DNA of 64,000 nucleotides. Origin: an uncultured Chloroflexia bacterium. Lineage in GTDB: Bacteria; Chloroflexota; Limnocylindria; Limnocylindrales; CSP1-4. The notes under the pieces are model-generated. The model made no database searches. It was not told where the DNA came from and worked only from the letters and a program-made list of their open reading frames with translations. Position 1 is the first letter of the stretch. Every line of letters begins with the position of its first letter. Shown here piece by piece: positions 20,470 to 30,556 of the stretch. The stretch lies in the NCBI GenBank assembly GCA_963749705.1, contig CAVVNQ010000006.1:1-64000 (forward strand), read 5' to 3'. Made by a program: the position numbers and the translations under genes.

Positions 20470-21528
20470 CTACTCGGTGGGTCGGATGGCGCGGCGGCGA
20501 ACGGCGCGGGCCGGCTGGGTCGAGGACGGGTTGCCGAACGTGCGGGGATCGAGGCCTGCGGCGATCGCGTCCTCGGGGGTCATCGCCGCCAGCGACGCGG
20601 CTCGGCCCAGCGCGCGGATTGCCGCGAAGGCCTCGTCGCGGGCCAGGTCGCGCAGCGGCGTCGCGTTGGCCAGCCCGACCCGGCGAAGCCCGCGGAGACC
20701 CGTCGATGCCGCGTAGTTGGCCGCCCACACGAGCACCGGCGCCTGGTCATCCGTCGCGGACGGGCCGGCTCGCAGCGCCCCGCACACGATCCCCCGCTCC
20801 GGTGGCGCGGCGCGTACGAGCACCCAGTCGTCGGGGCCTGCGATCAGGTCGAACAGGTGCGAGTGGTAGGGCGCCGCAAAGATCGTCTCGGCGCCCGCGT
20901 CTGCGGCGGATCCGCCCCAGATGGCGAGCATCGCGTGGAGGTCGGGCACGGGCTCGAGCAGCCGTCGCTCGGCCTCCGCGAACAGTCGTCGCTCGCCCGT
21001 GTTCGTCCCGATCCGCACCGCGTCGGGCTCCTCGACGACGACGACGGGGCAGCCCGCGTCAGCCAGGGAGCGCAGCGCGTCGCCCAGCGTGTCGGCGAGC
21101 GCCAGGGTCCGCTTCCGGCGCTCCGCGGCGGATCCGCCGCCCGCGCGTCGACCGAGCATGTACGGGCCCGGTATGGACTGTGCGACCGGATGATCCGTGA
21201 GCGCCGCGGTCGATCGCCACGCGGAGGTCAGCAGCGAGGCCGGGGACCCGTCCGGCGAGGCCGGCGGCGCGCCGGGCGAGTCCTCGTGGACCGCCGAGAT
21301 CGCCGCGACCACCGCGCCGCCGAGGTCATGCCACCTGACCTGGCCGTCGGTCACGAGCTCGAGCCCCGCCTCCACCTGCGCGCCGACGAGCTCCGCGACC
21401 AGCCGGTCCGTCGCCGCGTCGAAGGCCTCGCGGGTGGCCGTCCCCGCGGCGACCTCGGCCTCGAGCGCATCGAGGTCGATCCCGTCAGCGGTGATCCGCG
21501 GCAGCGCGCCGCTCAGCATCCCGAACAT
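20470..21528 (-). CDS. MetE/URO-D-fold protein (single-barrel methionine-synthase-like, Zn ligands apparently absent)
   Basis: QVEAGLELVTDGQVRW, SIPGPYML and GCPVVVVEEP resemble the MetE C-terminal barrel. Confidence 0.6.
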   Translation of the reverse strand: MFGMLSGALPRITADGIDLDALEAEVAAGTATREAFDAATDRLVAELVGAQVEAGLELVTDGQVRWHDLGGAVVAAISAVHEDSPGAPPASPDGSPASLLTSAWRSTAALTDHPVAQSIPGPYMLGRRAGGGSAAERRKRTLALADTLGDALRSLADAGCPVVVVEEPDAVRIGTNTGERRLFAEAERRLLEPVPDLHAMLAIWGGSAADAGAETIFAAPYHSHLFDLIAGPDDWVLVRAAPPERGIVCGALRAGPSATDDQAPVLVWAANYAASTGLRGLRRVGLANATPLRDLARDEAFAAIRALGRAASLAAMTPEDAIAAGLDPRTFGNPSSTQPARAVRRRAIRPTE

Positions 21529-21534
21529 CGATCG

Positions 21535-22758
21535 TCAGGACCAGGCGCTGATGCCGATGGCCCACAGCACGGCGAACAGGCCCAGCAGCGCGACGATCCC
21601 CGCCACGCGGAGCAGCTGCGTGCCGCCCGCTCCGAAGGCCGGCTCCATCGTGCCGCTCAGCCGGCCGGGTCGCATCCACAGCGAGCTCAGGGTCGGGAGG
21701 TGGGTCGGCGGCAACAGCAGCCCGAGCCACGCGCCGGCGATCAGCCCGCCGATGTGGGCCATGTTGTCGATGCCCTGGACCACGAATCCGAAGACGAGAT
21801 TGAGTGCCACCAGCGCACCCAGCTGCCCAAGGAAGGCGCGGCTGCGGCTGTCGAGCACCGGACGATGGACCCGCTGGGCGACGAACAGGAGCCCGAACAG
21901 GCCGAAGATCGCGCCCGACGCGCCGACCCCGTAGCGGCTGCCGGGACCCGTCGACAGGGCGAACGTCAGCAGCGAGCCGCCCGCGGCGAACACCAGGTAG
22001 AAGACGAGGAAGCGCCATCGGCCGTACAGCCGTTCGACGAACGGCCCGGCGATCCACAGCGCATACATGTTGAACAGCAGGTGAAACGGCATCACCGTGA
22101 GCGGCGCGTGGACCAGGGTCACCGTCCACAGCCGCCAGATCTCGCCCTGCGCGAGAGCCACCTTGTCCATCGCCAGCAGGTTGCCCAGCGCGTCGCCGTC
22201 GGGACCCGCGAAGTCGACGATGAGCGACACGATCGTGGTGAACGCGATCAGCGCGACCGTGACCGAGATCCCGGTATCGCCGCGGGATCGCGCGAAGTAG
22301 CGGCCGGCCGCACCCTTGTCGCCCAGCTCCTTGGACAGCCAGCCGAGCCGAGACGCGATCTCGGGCTTGTCCGCCGACGGTGCCCGCCGGTCCGCCTCGC
22401 GGTAGGCGGCGAGCGCGCCGCGCAGGTCGTCGGCCCGCACCCTGGCCGCGGCGATGTTGCGCCACGCCAGGTACGTCGACGGCGTCTCCGGGAGCCGGGT
22501 GACCTCCTCCCACGTCGCCATGGCCTTGCCCTCGTCGTCGAGCCGGTTCCACGCCTCGCCCAGGCCCAGCAGCGCGGCCGCGGTGACCGCGGGGTCGTTG
22601 AACCCGATCACGCGCTGGTACAGCCTGGCGGCATCGACGAAGTCCGAGCTCTGGAGCAGCTCCGCGGCACGGTCGAGGGCGGCCAGCGCCGCCTCGCGTG
22701 GCAGCGGGCCGTCGTGGGCGAGGGTGGCGTTGAGGTCGATGTCCTGGCGTTCGGTCAC
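21535..22758 (-). CDS. Rhomboid intramembrane serine protease with N-terminal TPR-like region
   Basis: GEIWRLWT..HLLFNMYAL..GASGAIFG..AHIGGLIAG, preceded by a helical TPR-like N-terminus. Confidence 0.85.
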   Translation of the reverse strand: MTERQDIDLNATLAHDGPLPREAALAALDRAAELLQSSDFVDAARLYQRVIGFNDPAVTAAALLGLGEAWNRLDDEGKAMATWEEVTRLPETPSTYLAWRNIAAARVRADDLRGALAAYREADRRAPSADKPEIASRLGWLSKELGDKGAAGRYFARSRGDTGISVTVALIAFTTIVSLIVDFAGPDGDALGNLLAMDKVALAQGEIWRLWTVTLVHAPLTVMPFHLLFNMYALWIAGPFVERLYGRWRFLVFYLVFAAGGSLLTFALSTGPGSRYGVGASGAIFGLFGLLFVAQRVHRPVLDSRSRAFLGQLGALVALNLVFGFVVQGIDNMAHIGGLIAGAWLGLLLPPTHLPTLSSLWMRPGRLSGTMEPAFGAGGTQLLRVAGIVALLGLFAVLWAIGISAWS

Positions 22759-22873
22759 GGCGGGAGCGTACATGAGGCGGCATGCCCGGCGTGGCGCGGG
22801 AGGACCGCCGCGTGGCGCAGAGCGCCGCGTGCCGCGGGAGGACCGGGACCGCGTCCCGTAGACTGCCGCCACC

Positions 22874-23587
22874 ATGTGCGGACGGTTCACGCAGCAGCGG
22901 CCCACCTCGGAGATCGCCCGGATCTTCGATGCCGAGGACCTGGCCGGGGATCCCGGCGAGCACTTCAATGTCGCGCCCACGACCGAGGCGTCGGTGGTGG
23001 TCCAGCGCGATGACCGCCGCGCGGTACGGCGCTACGGCTGGGGCCTGATCCCCAACTGGGCCGACGACCCGCGGATCGCCGCCCGCACGTTCAACGCCCG
23101 GGCCGAGACCCTCGCCACCAGCCCGCTGTTCCGCGACGCCTTCCGGCGACGCCGCTGCCTGGTGCCCGTCGACGGGTTCTACGAGTGGCTCCGACGGGGA
23201 TCGAAGCGCCAGCCGATGCTGATCCATGACCCGGCGAACCTGCCGCTGGCGCTGGCCGGGCTGTGGACCGGGCGCCAGGATCCCGAGAGCGGCGAATGGC
23301 ATCGGACGTTCACGATCGTCACGTCGCGGCCAAACGGGTTCATGGCCGCCATCCATAACCGGATGCCGGTCGTCATCCCGCCCGACGCCTGGGCGATCTG
23401 GCTCGACCCGGAGCTTCGCGACCCCGGCGAGCTGCGCGCCCTGCTCGAGCCCGATGACGACATCGCGCTCGACGCATACCCAGTTCCACTGCTGGTCAAC
23501 AACGTGCGCAACGACGGCGCGGCGCTCGTCCAACGGGTCGAGCTCGAGGCGGCCGACCCGGCGTCCGAGGGGCTCGGGCTCGGATAG
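22874..23587 (+). CDS. SOS response-associated peptidase (SRAP/YedK/HMCES family)
   Basis: MCGRF N-terminus, FNARAET, RCLVPVDGFYEW and IHNRMPV. Confidence 0.92.
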   Translation: MCGRFTQQRPTSEIARIFDAEDLAGDPGEHFNVAPTTEASVVVQRDDRRAVRRYGWGLIPNWADDPRIAARTFNARAETLATSPLFRDAFRRRRCLVPVDGFYEWLRRGSKRQPMLIHDPANLPLALAGLWTGRQDPESGEWHRTFTIVTSRPNGFMAAIHNRMPVVIPPDAWAIWLDPELRDPGELRALLEPDDDIALDAYPVPLLVNNVRNDGAALVQRVELEAADPASEGLGLG

Positions 23588-23590
23588 CCC

Positions 23591-23629
23591 CGGCCGTGAT
23601 TGGCGGCCGTGATTGGCGGCGTGATTGGC
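23591..23629. repeat. Short tandem repeat (cggc(c)gtgattgg x3) between convergent genes
   Basis: Read directly from the sequence. Confidence 0.7.
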
Positions 23630-23645
23630 TGGCGCGATCCGCGGA

Positions 23646-24336
23646 TCAGCGCTCGGCGCGAAGCGCCTCCCAGCCCGCGTCCTGCGCGGCGCCGGAGAAC
23701 GCGTCCCGCGGCATCGCTCCCGTGTCGAGCGCCGCGGCGTAGGCGCCCACCAGCGTGGCGAACGCCTGATCGTTCGCCGACGGCGGGGCGGCGAGCACCG
23801 TGGTGGCCTCCGGGATGCCGTCCGGCTCCGCACCATCGGCGGCGATCAGCAGCACCAGGTGCGCCCCCGCGTAGTCGGCGGCCTCGGCGGCGACCGGGAC
23901 GATCGACTCGGGGACGCCGTCCACGACGACGAGCACGCTGAAGGCCGTGAGATAGCCGAGCCCGAGCGAGACGTCGGCCGCGTCGAGGGTCGGTCCGTCG
24001 CCGGGCCCCGGCGCGACCGTGGCGAGCACCCTCCGCGCCCGTGTCGTCCGTGTCGTCCGCGGCCGGGGATGGGTCGCCCTCGTCCCCACGGTCGTCCGCC
24101 GCCGGGACCGCGATCGGGGTTGCGCGCGCCGGGTCCCGGAGCATCGCCACGTGCCCGACGCCGGCGCGGGTGAGCGCGAGCAGCAGTGCGTCACCCGCCG
24201 GATCGTCGCCCGCTCGGCCGACCAGCTCCACGGTCGACCCGCGCCGGGCCGCCTCGATCGCGATGTCGCAGGCGCGACCGGCCGGTGCGCTGGGGTCCGC
24301 GACCCGCCAGACAGGATTTCCCACGACGACGATCAC
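23646..24336 (-). CDS. Degenerate PfkB/ribokinase-like protein (frameshift ~24035)
   Basis: MIVVVGNP..IAIEAARRGSTVELVGRAGDDPAGDALLLALTRAGV resembles PfkB signature 1. The C-terminal half lies in ORF 23646..24194. Confidence 0.55.
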
Positions 24337-24422
24337 GGAGCCAGCGTACCCCGGGCGGGGCCACGCGGCCGGCCGCGGACCGCGGGCTCACCGGTTGACC
24401 GGAACCCACACGCGGTTCGCGC

Positions 24423-25199
24423 TCAGCCGTCGCCGGGCGTCTCGGATGGATGCGGCGTTTCTGACGGCCGGGGCGTCTGGCTGGGCTTCGGCGTCGACGG
24501 GGACTCGGAGTGGTCCTCGTGGTCCGAGCTGGTCGGCGTCGGGGTCGCCGTCGGCTTCGGCGTGGCGGTCTTGCCGGCACCGCCGTTGCCGTCCGCGGTC
24601 TCGTGCGGCTCGGTCGAGGCGTCCGGCTCGGCGGACTCATCGCCCGCGCTCTCCGACGGCTCCGGTGACTCCGAGGCGTCGGGGCTCGTCGAGGCGTCCT
24701 CGCTGGGCTCGGCGGTATCGGACGCGTCCGTGGTCGGCTCGGCGGTTTCGGCCGGCTGCTCGATCGAGGGGCTGGGGCTCGAATGGTCGCCGTCCAGCAG
24801 GCCGAGGGCGCCTGCCGTGACCATGCCGGAACCCGCCGCCAGGGCGGCGACCACCAGCACCAGCGCCATCGCCTGGGCGCGCGCCGCGACCGGGAACCCG
24901 GCATGGGTGGTCACCCGCCATGCATCGCGGAGCGACGCCAGGAATGCGCCGAGCGAGCGGCGTCGGACGGCGAGGCCGGCCAGGCGAACCGGCGATGGGG
25001 CGGGTTCGGCGGCCACGGCCTCCATGACCCGGTCCGCGAACCCCGGGGTCGGTGCGGCGGTCGTGCCCGCGGCGAGTCGCTCGAGGTCGCGGGCGATCGG
25101 GGTATCGCCGGCGATCTCGTCGGGGTGCAGGCCGGACGCTCCATCGAGCTCCGCCGGCGTGAACGGGCGCGGCTGGCCGCCGGGGCGCATCTCGGTCAT
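24423..25199 (-). CDS. Putative membrane anti-sigma factor with S/E/P/T-rich extracytoplasmic tail
   Basis: It overlaps the ECF sigma stop (ATGA), contains PTPGFADRVMEAV, has one TM helix and a low-complexity C-terminus. Confidence 0.6.
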   Translation of the reverse strand: MTEMRPGGQPRPFTPAELDGASGLHPDEIAGDTPIARDLERLAAGTTAAPTPGFADRVMEAVAAEPAPSPVRLAGLAVRRRSLGAFLASLRDAWRVTTHAGFPVAARAQAMALVLVVAALAAGSGMVTAGALGLLDGDHSSPSPSIEQPAETAEPTTDASDTAEPSEDASTSPDASESPEPSESAGDESAEPDASTEPHETADGNGGAGKTATPKPTATPTPTSSDHEDHSESPSTPKPSQTPRPSETPHPSETPGDG

Positions 25200-25930
25200 C
25201 GGTCGTCCGCCTCGACGGATCCGCGAAGGCGGGCAAGCCCGCGGTGGAGATGCGTCTTGACGGTCCCCAGGGGCCGGCCGGTGGCCTCGGCGATCTCGAT
25301 CAGCGAGCGCTCGGCGAAGAAGCGCAGGGCCACGACCTCCCGGTACGGCTCGTCGAGCGAGGCAACGGCCATCCGCAGGCGTGCGTCGCGCTCGGATCGC
25401 AGCACCGTGTGCGCCGGGTCCGCCGCGTGCTGCGGGTTGGTTGTCCGGAAGCGCTCGTGGCCGGGCTGGTCGGCATCCGCCGCAAGCGGATCGAGCCAGG
25501 CGACCTGCTTGCGCTGCGCAGCACGACGGACGGCCAGGCGGACCGCGATCCGCGACAGCCAGGCGCCGAACGCGCCTTCGGCGCGCCAGGAACCGAGCGA
25601 GCGGTACGCGATCACGAATGCCTCCTGGGCGATGTCCTCGGCCTCGCTGCGGTCGCCGAGCACGCGCGTGCAGGCCGCCACGACCGATGGGCCTTCGCGC
25701 TCGACGAGCTTGCGAAAGGCGTCACGGTCGCCGGCCAGCACGGCGTCGACGATGCTGCGGTCATTGGTCGTCCCGTCGAATGGCTCGGCGGTCCAGGTCC
25801 GGTCCGTCGCGGTGGTCTCCAATGCGTGTTCCGGGTCCGGCGCCCGGTTGGGCGACCCGGCGGGAGCCGGCTCGGCGTCCGGCGACATCATCGCCTGCCG
25901 GCCCGGCTCCCATCGTGCGAAGGAGGTCAC
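25196..25930 (-). CDS. ECF RNA polymerase sigma factor (start uncertain)
   Basis: GDRDAFRKLV..AEDIAQEAF..FGAWLSRIA..REVVALRF..EIAEATGRPLGTVKTHLHRG. Confidence 0.9.
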   Translation of the reverse strand: MTSFARWEPGRQAMMSPDAEPAPAGSPNRAPDPEHALETTATDRTWTAEPFDGTTNDRSIVDAVLAGDRDAFRKLVEREGPSVVAACTRVLGDRSEAEDIAQEAFVIAYRSLGSWRAEGAFGAWLSRIAVRLAVRRAAQRKQVAWLDPLAADADQPGHERFRTTNPQHAADPAHTVLRSERDARLRMAVASLDEPYREVVALRFFAERSLIEIAEATGRPLGTVKTHLHRGLARLRGSVEADDR

Positions 25931-25956
25931 GTGCCCCGCTGGGACCGTCGACTGGA

Positions 25957-26436
25957 TCAGCCGTCCGAGCCGTGTCCGCCACCGTCCTCGCCGCCCGAGC
26001 CGTCGTGGTCCTCGGGGCTGGAGCTTGCGCCCGGACCGTCATGATCGTCGCCGACCTCGGGGGTCTCGCTGGCCTCGGGGGTCTCGGTGGCGTCGTCGCC
26101 ATGATGGTCGGTCGCGCCGGCCTGCTGGCTGTCGGCGCCGCCGTGGTCGTCGCTGGCCTCGGGGGTCTCGCTGGCCTCGGGGGTCTCGCTGGCCTCGGGG
26201 GTCTCGCTGGCCTCGGGGGTCTCGCTGGCCTCGGGGGTCTCGCTCGGCTCCGCGGACTCGGCATCGATCGCGGCCGACGCATCATCGCCGGCCGACGCAT
26301 CGAGCGCCGCGGGAGCGGTGTCCGCATTGCGGCTGCCATCGACGAAGGTGCTGGTGGCAAACGCGGCGCCCGCGACGAGGAACACCGCCACGACTGAGGT
26401 GCCGATCGGGCGGATCATCCTGGAGTTGAGCTTCAT
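25957..26436 (-). CDS. Secreted acidic protein with (SETPEA)n repeats
   Basis: Signal-peptide-like N-terminus and an 18-bp tandem repeat at 26150-26244. It is the first gene of the ECF operon. Confidence 0.7.
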   Translation of the reverse strand: MKLNSRMIRPIGTSVVAVFLVAGAAFATSTFVDGSRNADTAPAALDASAGDDASAAIDAESAEPSETPEASETPEASETPEASETPEASETPEASDDHGGADSQQAGATDHHGDDATETPEASETPEVGDDHDGPGASSSPEDHDGSGGEDGGGHGSDG

Positions 26437-26493
26437 GTGGTGGTCGCTCCGGTGATGGTGCGGCCCCCTCGCTGGGCCCGCTTCACCCCTCCC

Positions 26494-26520
26494 GAGGCCG
26501 TTGACCGCGCAAAGGTTTCA
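26494..26520 (-). promoter_or_regulatory. Possible ECF-type promoter (-35 TGAAAC)
   Basis: Minus strand TGAAACCTTTGCGCGGTCAACGGCCTC lies upstream of the ECF operon. The -10 element is not canonical. Confidence 0.25.
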
Positions 26521-26629
26521 GCGACCGGTCCGCGCGGGCGGGCTTGGCGGGGGGGCTTGGCGGGCGACCTCGAGCCCGACCTTGCCGGCGGCCGACGCGG
26601 AGCGACCGTGGACGCGCCGGAGACGTGCC

Positions 26630-28042
26630 CTACGAACCGGCGGCGGCTGCCTCGTCCGCCGTGCCCGGGGGCGGGTCACGAACCACGTCGATCGGGCCGA
26701 ACCCGGCCGCCTCGAGGTCGACCCCGAACTGGTCGATATCGCCGACCAGGACGATCGCGGCCACCTCCGGCCGGATGTGCTCACGAGCGACGCGCAGCAC
26801 GTCGGCGCCCGTGACGGCCTCGATCGAGCCACGGTACCGGGCGAGCTCGTCGTCCGGCAGCTCGTGCACGAACAGGCCGGCGAGCGACCCGACGACGGGA
26901 CCCGGGGTCTCGAACCGGAGCGGGAACACGCCGACCAGGAACTCGCGGGCGGCGTTGAGCTCGGTGTCGGAGACCAGGCCCTCGCGGATGCGGTCGAGCT
27001 CGAGCAGGAACTCCCGAACGGAAGGCACGGTCGCCTCGGTGTTCACGGCGGCGCGGGCCGTGAACGGGCCACGACCCCGACGCAGGTCGAAGCCGGCGCC
27101 GGCGCCGTAGGTGTAGCCCTTGTCCTCGCGCAGGTTCATGTTGAGGCGCGAGTTGAACAGCCCGCCCAGGATCGCGCTCATCACGGTGACCGCGTGGTAG
27201 TCGGGGTGCCGGCGTGGCAGTCCCGGATGCCCGATCCGGATCTCGGTCTGCACCGAGCCCGGGCGGTGGACCACGCGCGCGACCCGGCCGGTTCCGGCGG
27301 CGGCGTCCTCGATCGGCCGTCGCTCCGTCGCGGGTCCCGGAGTCCAGTCGCCGAGCTGCGCCTCGGCGATGCGGTGGACCATGGCGGGGTCGATGTCGCC
27401 GGCGACGACGAGCGCGGCCCGATCCGGCGAGAACGAGGCCCGGTGGATGTCGCGAAGCTCGTCGGCCGTCAGCGTGGCCACCGTGTCGGCCGTCCCGCCG
27501 GCGGGCCGGTGATACGGGCTCGACGCCGCGTAGATCGTCTCGATGTACGCCACGTCGGCGCGTCGGCGTGGGTCCGCCTTCGCCTGGAGCAGGTCGGTCA
27601 TGCGCTCGTCGCGCAGCCGCCCGACCTCCGACTCGGGAAAAGCCGGCCGGCGGACGACCTCGACCAGCAGCTCGAGCGCCGCCTCGAGCCGGGTCGCCGG
27701 GACGTCCAGCCCGACGGTCGTGGCATCCCAGCCGGCCTCGGCATGGAGCGACGCCCCGAGGCGCTCGGCGGCCTCGGTGAGCTCGATCGCATCGCGGACG
27801 TCGGTGCCTTCGGTCACGGCGCGCGCCTGGAGCACGGTCGCGCCTCCGAGGGCGTCCGGCTCGTCCGATGCACCGGCCCGCAGCGCGAGCGACGCCGACA
27901 CGAGGGCCCGGCCGGGCATCGGCGTGACGATCAGGCGGAGCCCGTTGGGCAGCATCATGCGATGCGTGTCGGGGAACTCGTACGGCCTGGGTGCTCCCGG
28001 GACCGGTCGGGTGGTCACCATCTGCGGCATCGATCCGCTCAT
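26630..28042 (-). CDS. M16 peptidase family, non-catalytic partner subunit
   Basis: LPNGLRLIV..ILGGLFNSRLNMNLREDKGYTYG, with no HxxEH motif. Confidence 0.85.
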   Translation of the reverse strand: MSGSMPQMVTTRPVPGAPRPYEFPDTHRMMLPNGLRLIVTPMPGRALVSASLALRAGASDEPDALGGATVLQARAVTEGTDVRDAIELTEAAERLGASLHAEAGWDATTVGLDVPATRLEAALELLVEVVRRPAFPESEVGRLRDERMTDLLQAKADPRRRADVAYIETIYAASSPYHRPAGGTADTVATLTADELRDIHRASFSPDRAALVVAGDIDPAMVHRIAEAQLGDWTPGPATERRPIEDAAAGTGRVARVVHRPGSVQTEIRIGHPGLPRRHPDYHAVTVMSAILGGLFNSRLNMNLREDKGYTYGAGAGFDLRRGRGPFTARAAVNTEATVPSVREFLLELDRIREGLVSDTELNAAREFLVGVFPLRFETPGPVVGSLAGLFVHELPDDELARYRGSIEAVTGADVLRVAREHIRPEVAAIVLVGDIDQFGVDLEAAGFGPIDVVRDPPPGTADEAAAAGS

Positions 28043-29343
28043 GCCGCCGCCTCGCCGTCCTGCGCGACCGTCGCCGCCGGCAGGTACGTGAGCACGACCC
28101 GGTTGTCGGACCTGAACACGTCGCGAGCCGCGTCCCGGATCTGCTCCGGGGTCACGCTCAGGTAGCGCGGCAGCAGGGTGTTGATGACGCCCGGATCGTC
28201 GAACAGGGTCGCGTACATCGAGAGCCGGTCTGCCCGCTCCTCCACCCGCGCGAGCGCACCCAGCTCGTCGGCCTCGGTCAGGGCCTTGGCACGCGCGAGC
28301 TCGTCCTCGCTGGGGGCCTCCGTCGCCAGCCGCTCGAGCTCCTCGAGGTAGGCGGCCTCGACGACGGCCACGTCCACCCCGGGACGCGCGGTCGCCCAGC
28401 CGACCGAGACCGAGCCGCCGCCGACGAACGGCAGCGTGAACGCGGCCACGTCCTGGGCGATGCGGTCCTCGCGCACGAGCCGCCGGTGGAGGCGGCTCCC
28501 CTTCCCCCCGGCCAGCAGCTGCGACGCGAGGTCGAGCGCATCGAGCCGCCGGTCGCCGAACACCGGCGCCCGGAAGCCGATGTACACGCGCGGGAGCGGA
28601 ACGTTGTCCTCGACGATCTCGCGATGCTCGCTGCCGATGACGGCGGGCAGTGACATGTCGGGCAGCGGTGGGATCGAGGGGTTGGCCGGGATCGGGCCGA
28701 AGTAGCGCTCCGCCCACGTCCTGACCTGGCCGCGCTCGCAGTCACCGACCACCGACAGGACGGCGTTGTTGGGCGCGTAGTAGGTGCGGAAGAACGCGGT
28801 CACGTCCTCGAGCGATGCGGCGTCGAGATCCGTCATGGACCCGATCGTCGAGTGGTGGTACGGGTGCTCCGGCGGGAACAGGTGGCCCTGGAGCTTCTCG
28901 TTCCAGCTGCCATACGGGCGGTTGTCGTAGCTCCAGCGCTTCTCGTTCTTGACGACCTCGCGCTGGTTGTCCAGGTTCTCCTGGCTCAGCGCGACCGGGA
29001 GCGTCCCCATCCGGTCCGCCTCGAGCCACAGGGCGAGCTCGAGCTCGTTCGAGGGCATCGTCTCGAAGTAGTTGGTCCGGTCCAGCCATGTGCTGCCGTT
29101 GAGCGTGCCGCCGGCCGCCTGGACCAGCGCCATGTGCTCCGCCTTTGCCACGTTGGCCGAGCCCTGGAACATCACGTGCTCGAACAGGTGGGCGAAGCCG
29201 GTTTTGCCCTCCACCTCGTGCTTGGAGCCGACGTTGTACCAGAGGTTGACCGCGACGACGGGCGCGAGATGGTCCTCGGCGACGACGAGGCGCAGCCCGT
29301 TGGAGAGGCGCTCATCGGTGAACTCGACGACAGGAACGGGCAT
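28039..29343 (-). CDS. M16 (pitrilysin-family) zinc peptidase, catalytic subunit
   Basis: GFAHLFEHVMFQGS (HxxEH), REVVKNEKR and HPYHHSTIG. Confidence 0.92.
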   Translation of the reverse strand: MPVPVVEFTDERLSNGLRLVVAEDHLAPVVAVNLWYNVGSKHEVEGKTGFAHLFEHVMFQGSANVAKAEHMALVQAAGGTLNGSTWLDRTNYFETMPSNELELALWLEADRMGTLPVALSQENLDNQREVVKNEKRWSYDNRPYGSWNEKLQGHLFPPEHPYHHSTIGSMTDLDAASLEDVTAFFRTYYAPNNAVLSVVGDCERGQVRTWAERYFGPIPANPSIPPLPDMSLPAVIGSEHREIVEDNVPLPRVYIGFRAPVFGDRRLDALDLASQLLAGGKGSRLHRRLVREDRIAQDVAAFTLPFVGGGSVSVGWATARPGVDVAVVEAAYLEELERLATEAPSEDELARAKALTEADELGALARVEERADRLSMYATLFDDPGVINTLLPRYLSVTPEQIRDAARDVFRSDNRVVLTYLPAATVAQDGEAAA

Positions 29344-29435
29344 GCGGAACGAGTCCTCGGACGGTGAGTAGGGTTGGATGGATTGTAGGGCGGCGAGCGC
29401 GATCGGGACCGCGCGGGGCCTGCGCGACGGGCCCG

Positions 29436-29861
29436 CTACACCGGCAGCAGCGCCGCGATCACCGTGATCACCAGCGCCAGCAGGAACGAATCGCGGGTCA
29501 TGCGCCACGTCGCGAGCACGTCGGCGCGATGCGCGGTCGGGTCGTCAACGGTGCGCCTTGACCCCGTCCCGTCCCCGAAGTTGGAGATGCCGGCGATCGC
29601 GAACGCGCCGCAGAACCTGCGCCGGGCCTGGAGCCAGGAGAAGGCGCCGCCCCACAGGGGCAGGATGAGGATCAGCCGAGCCGGCGCCGGTGCGTGGCTG
29701 GCCACGAGCGCCGCCATCAGCAGCCCGGCAATCGCGAGGGCGATGACGGCAAAGGACCGGCGGCGCCGGATCTCCCACGGCCCGATGTTGCAGGTACCCG
29801 GCACGTAGCGGTCGGCCGTGGGTGCCGTGGCGGCGGGGGTGGGACGGGGGACGCCTGACAT
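29436..29861 (-). CDS. Small membrane protein of unknown function
   Basis: YVPGTCNIGPWEIRRRR followed by three hydrophobic segments and an RRRFC motif. It is divergent from copC. Confidence 0.65.
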   Translation of the reverse strand: MSGVPRPTPAATAPTADRYVPGTCNIGPWEIRRRRSFAVIALAIAGLLMAALVASHAPAPARLILILPLWGGAFSWLQARRRFCGAFAIAGISNFGDGTGSRRTVDDPTAHRADVLATWRMTRDSFLLALVITVIAALLPV

Positions 29862-29919
29862 CGGACATCCCAGTCTATCGAGCAGCACGTTTGGCCGCCC
29901 CCAAGTAGACTGCCGAACC

Positions 29920-30552
29920 GTGAATACCATCCCTGAGGGGCGTCGGCGCCCGGCCGCCGGCACGGGAGGTCGGACGCTTGTCGCGACAGCATGCTCCCTG
30001 CTGATCCTGCTCGTCGCGACCGGCTCGGTCCTCGCCCATTCCGAGCTGGTCTCGTCGGATCCCGCCGACAAGGCCGTCCTGGCCACGCCGCCCACCACCG
30101 TCACGCTGACCTTCTCCGAGGATCTTGATCCCGGCAAGAGCTCGTTCAAGCTCGTCGGTCCCGCCGGCACGGTCGGAACCGGCAGCGTGTCGGCGGACCC
30201 GGTCGTCATGACCCTCGACGGCCTCGCACTGGACCCCGGCGACTACGAGATCCAGTGGACCTCCGCGGCGCTCGACGGGGACATCCTCCGGGGCACCCTC
30301 ACGTTCACGGTATCGCAACCGGCGCAGGCATCCGAGGCGCCCAGCGTCGCGCCAACCGCAACCGTCACCGCGTCGGCCGCCGCGTCGGCCGCCGCGTCGG
30401 CCGAGCCGTCATCCGACGCCACATCGACGCCCGCACCGACACCGGCGGAGCCGACCGCCGGCTCGAGCGACGTCGTGCTCCCGATCGTGATCGCGCTGAT
30501 CCTCGTCGCAGGCGTTGGTGCGTACGTCCTCCGTCGCAGCCGCCGCGCCTGA
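29920..30552 (+). CDS. copC: CopC-family copper-binding protein with C-terminal membrane anchor
   Basis: Signal peptide then AHSELVSSDPA..YEIQWTSAALDGDILRGTLTFTV, a P/S/A/T linker and a TM helix plus RRSRR. Confidence 0.8.
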   Translation: MNTIPEGRRRPAAGTGGRTLVATACSLLILLVATGSVLAHSELVSSDPADKAVLATPPTTVTLTFSEDLDPGKSSFKLVGPAGTVGTGSVSADPVVMTLDGLALDPGDYEIQWTSAALDGDILRGTLTFTVSQPAQASEAPSVAPTATVTASAAASAAASAEPSSDATSTPAPTPAEPTAGSSDVVLPIVIALILVAGVGAYVLRRSRRA

Positions 30553-30556
30553 CACC

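Noticed and set aside
26150-26244. 18-bp tandem array as a non-coding repeat or CRISPR
   Set aside because: It has no spacers and encodes the SETPEA repeats of a secreted protein.
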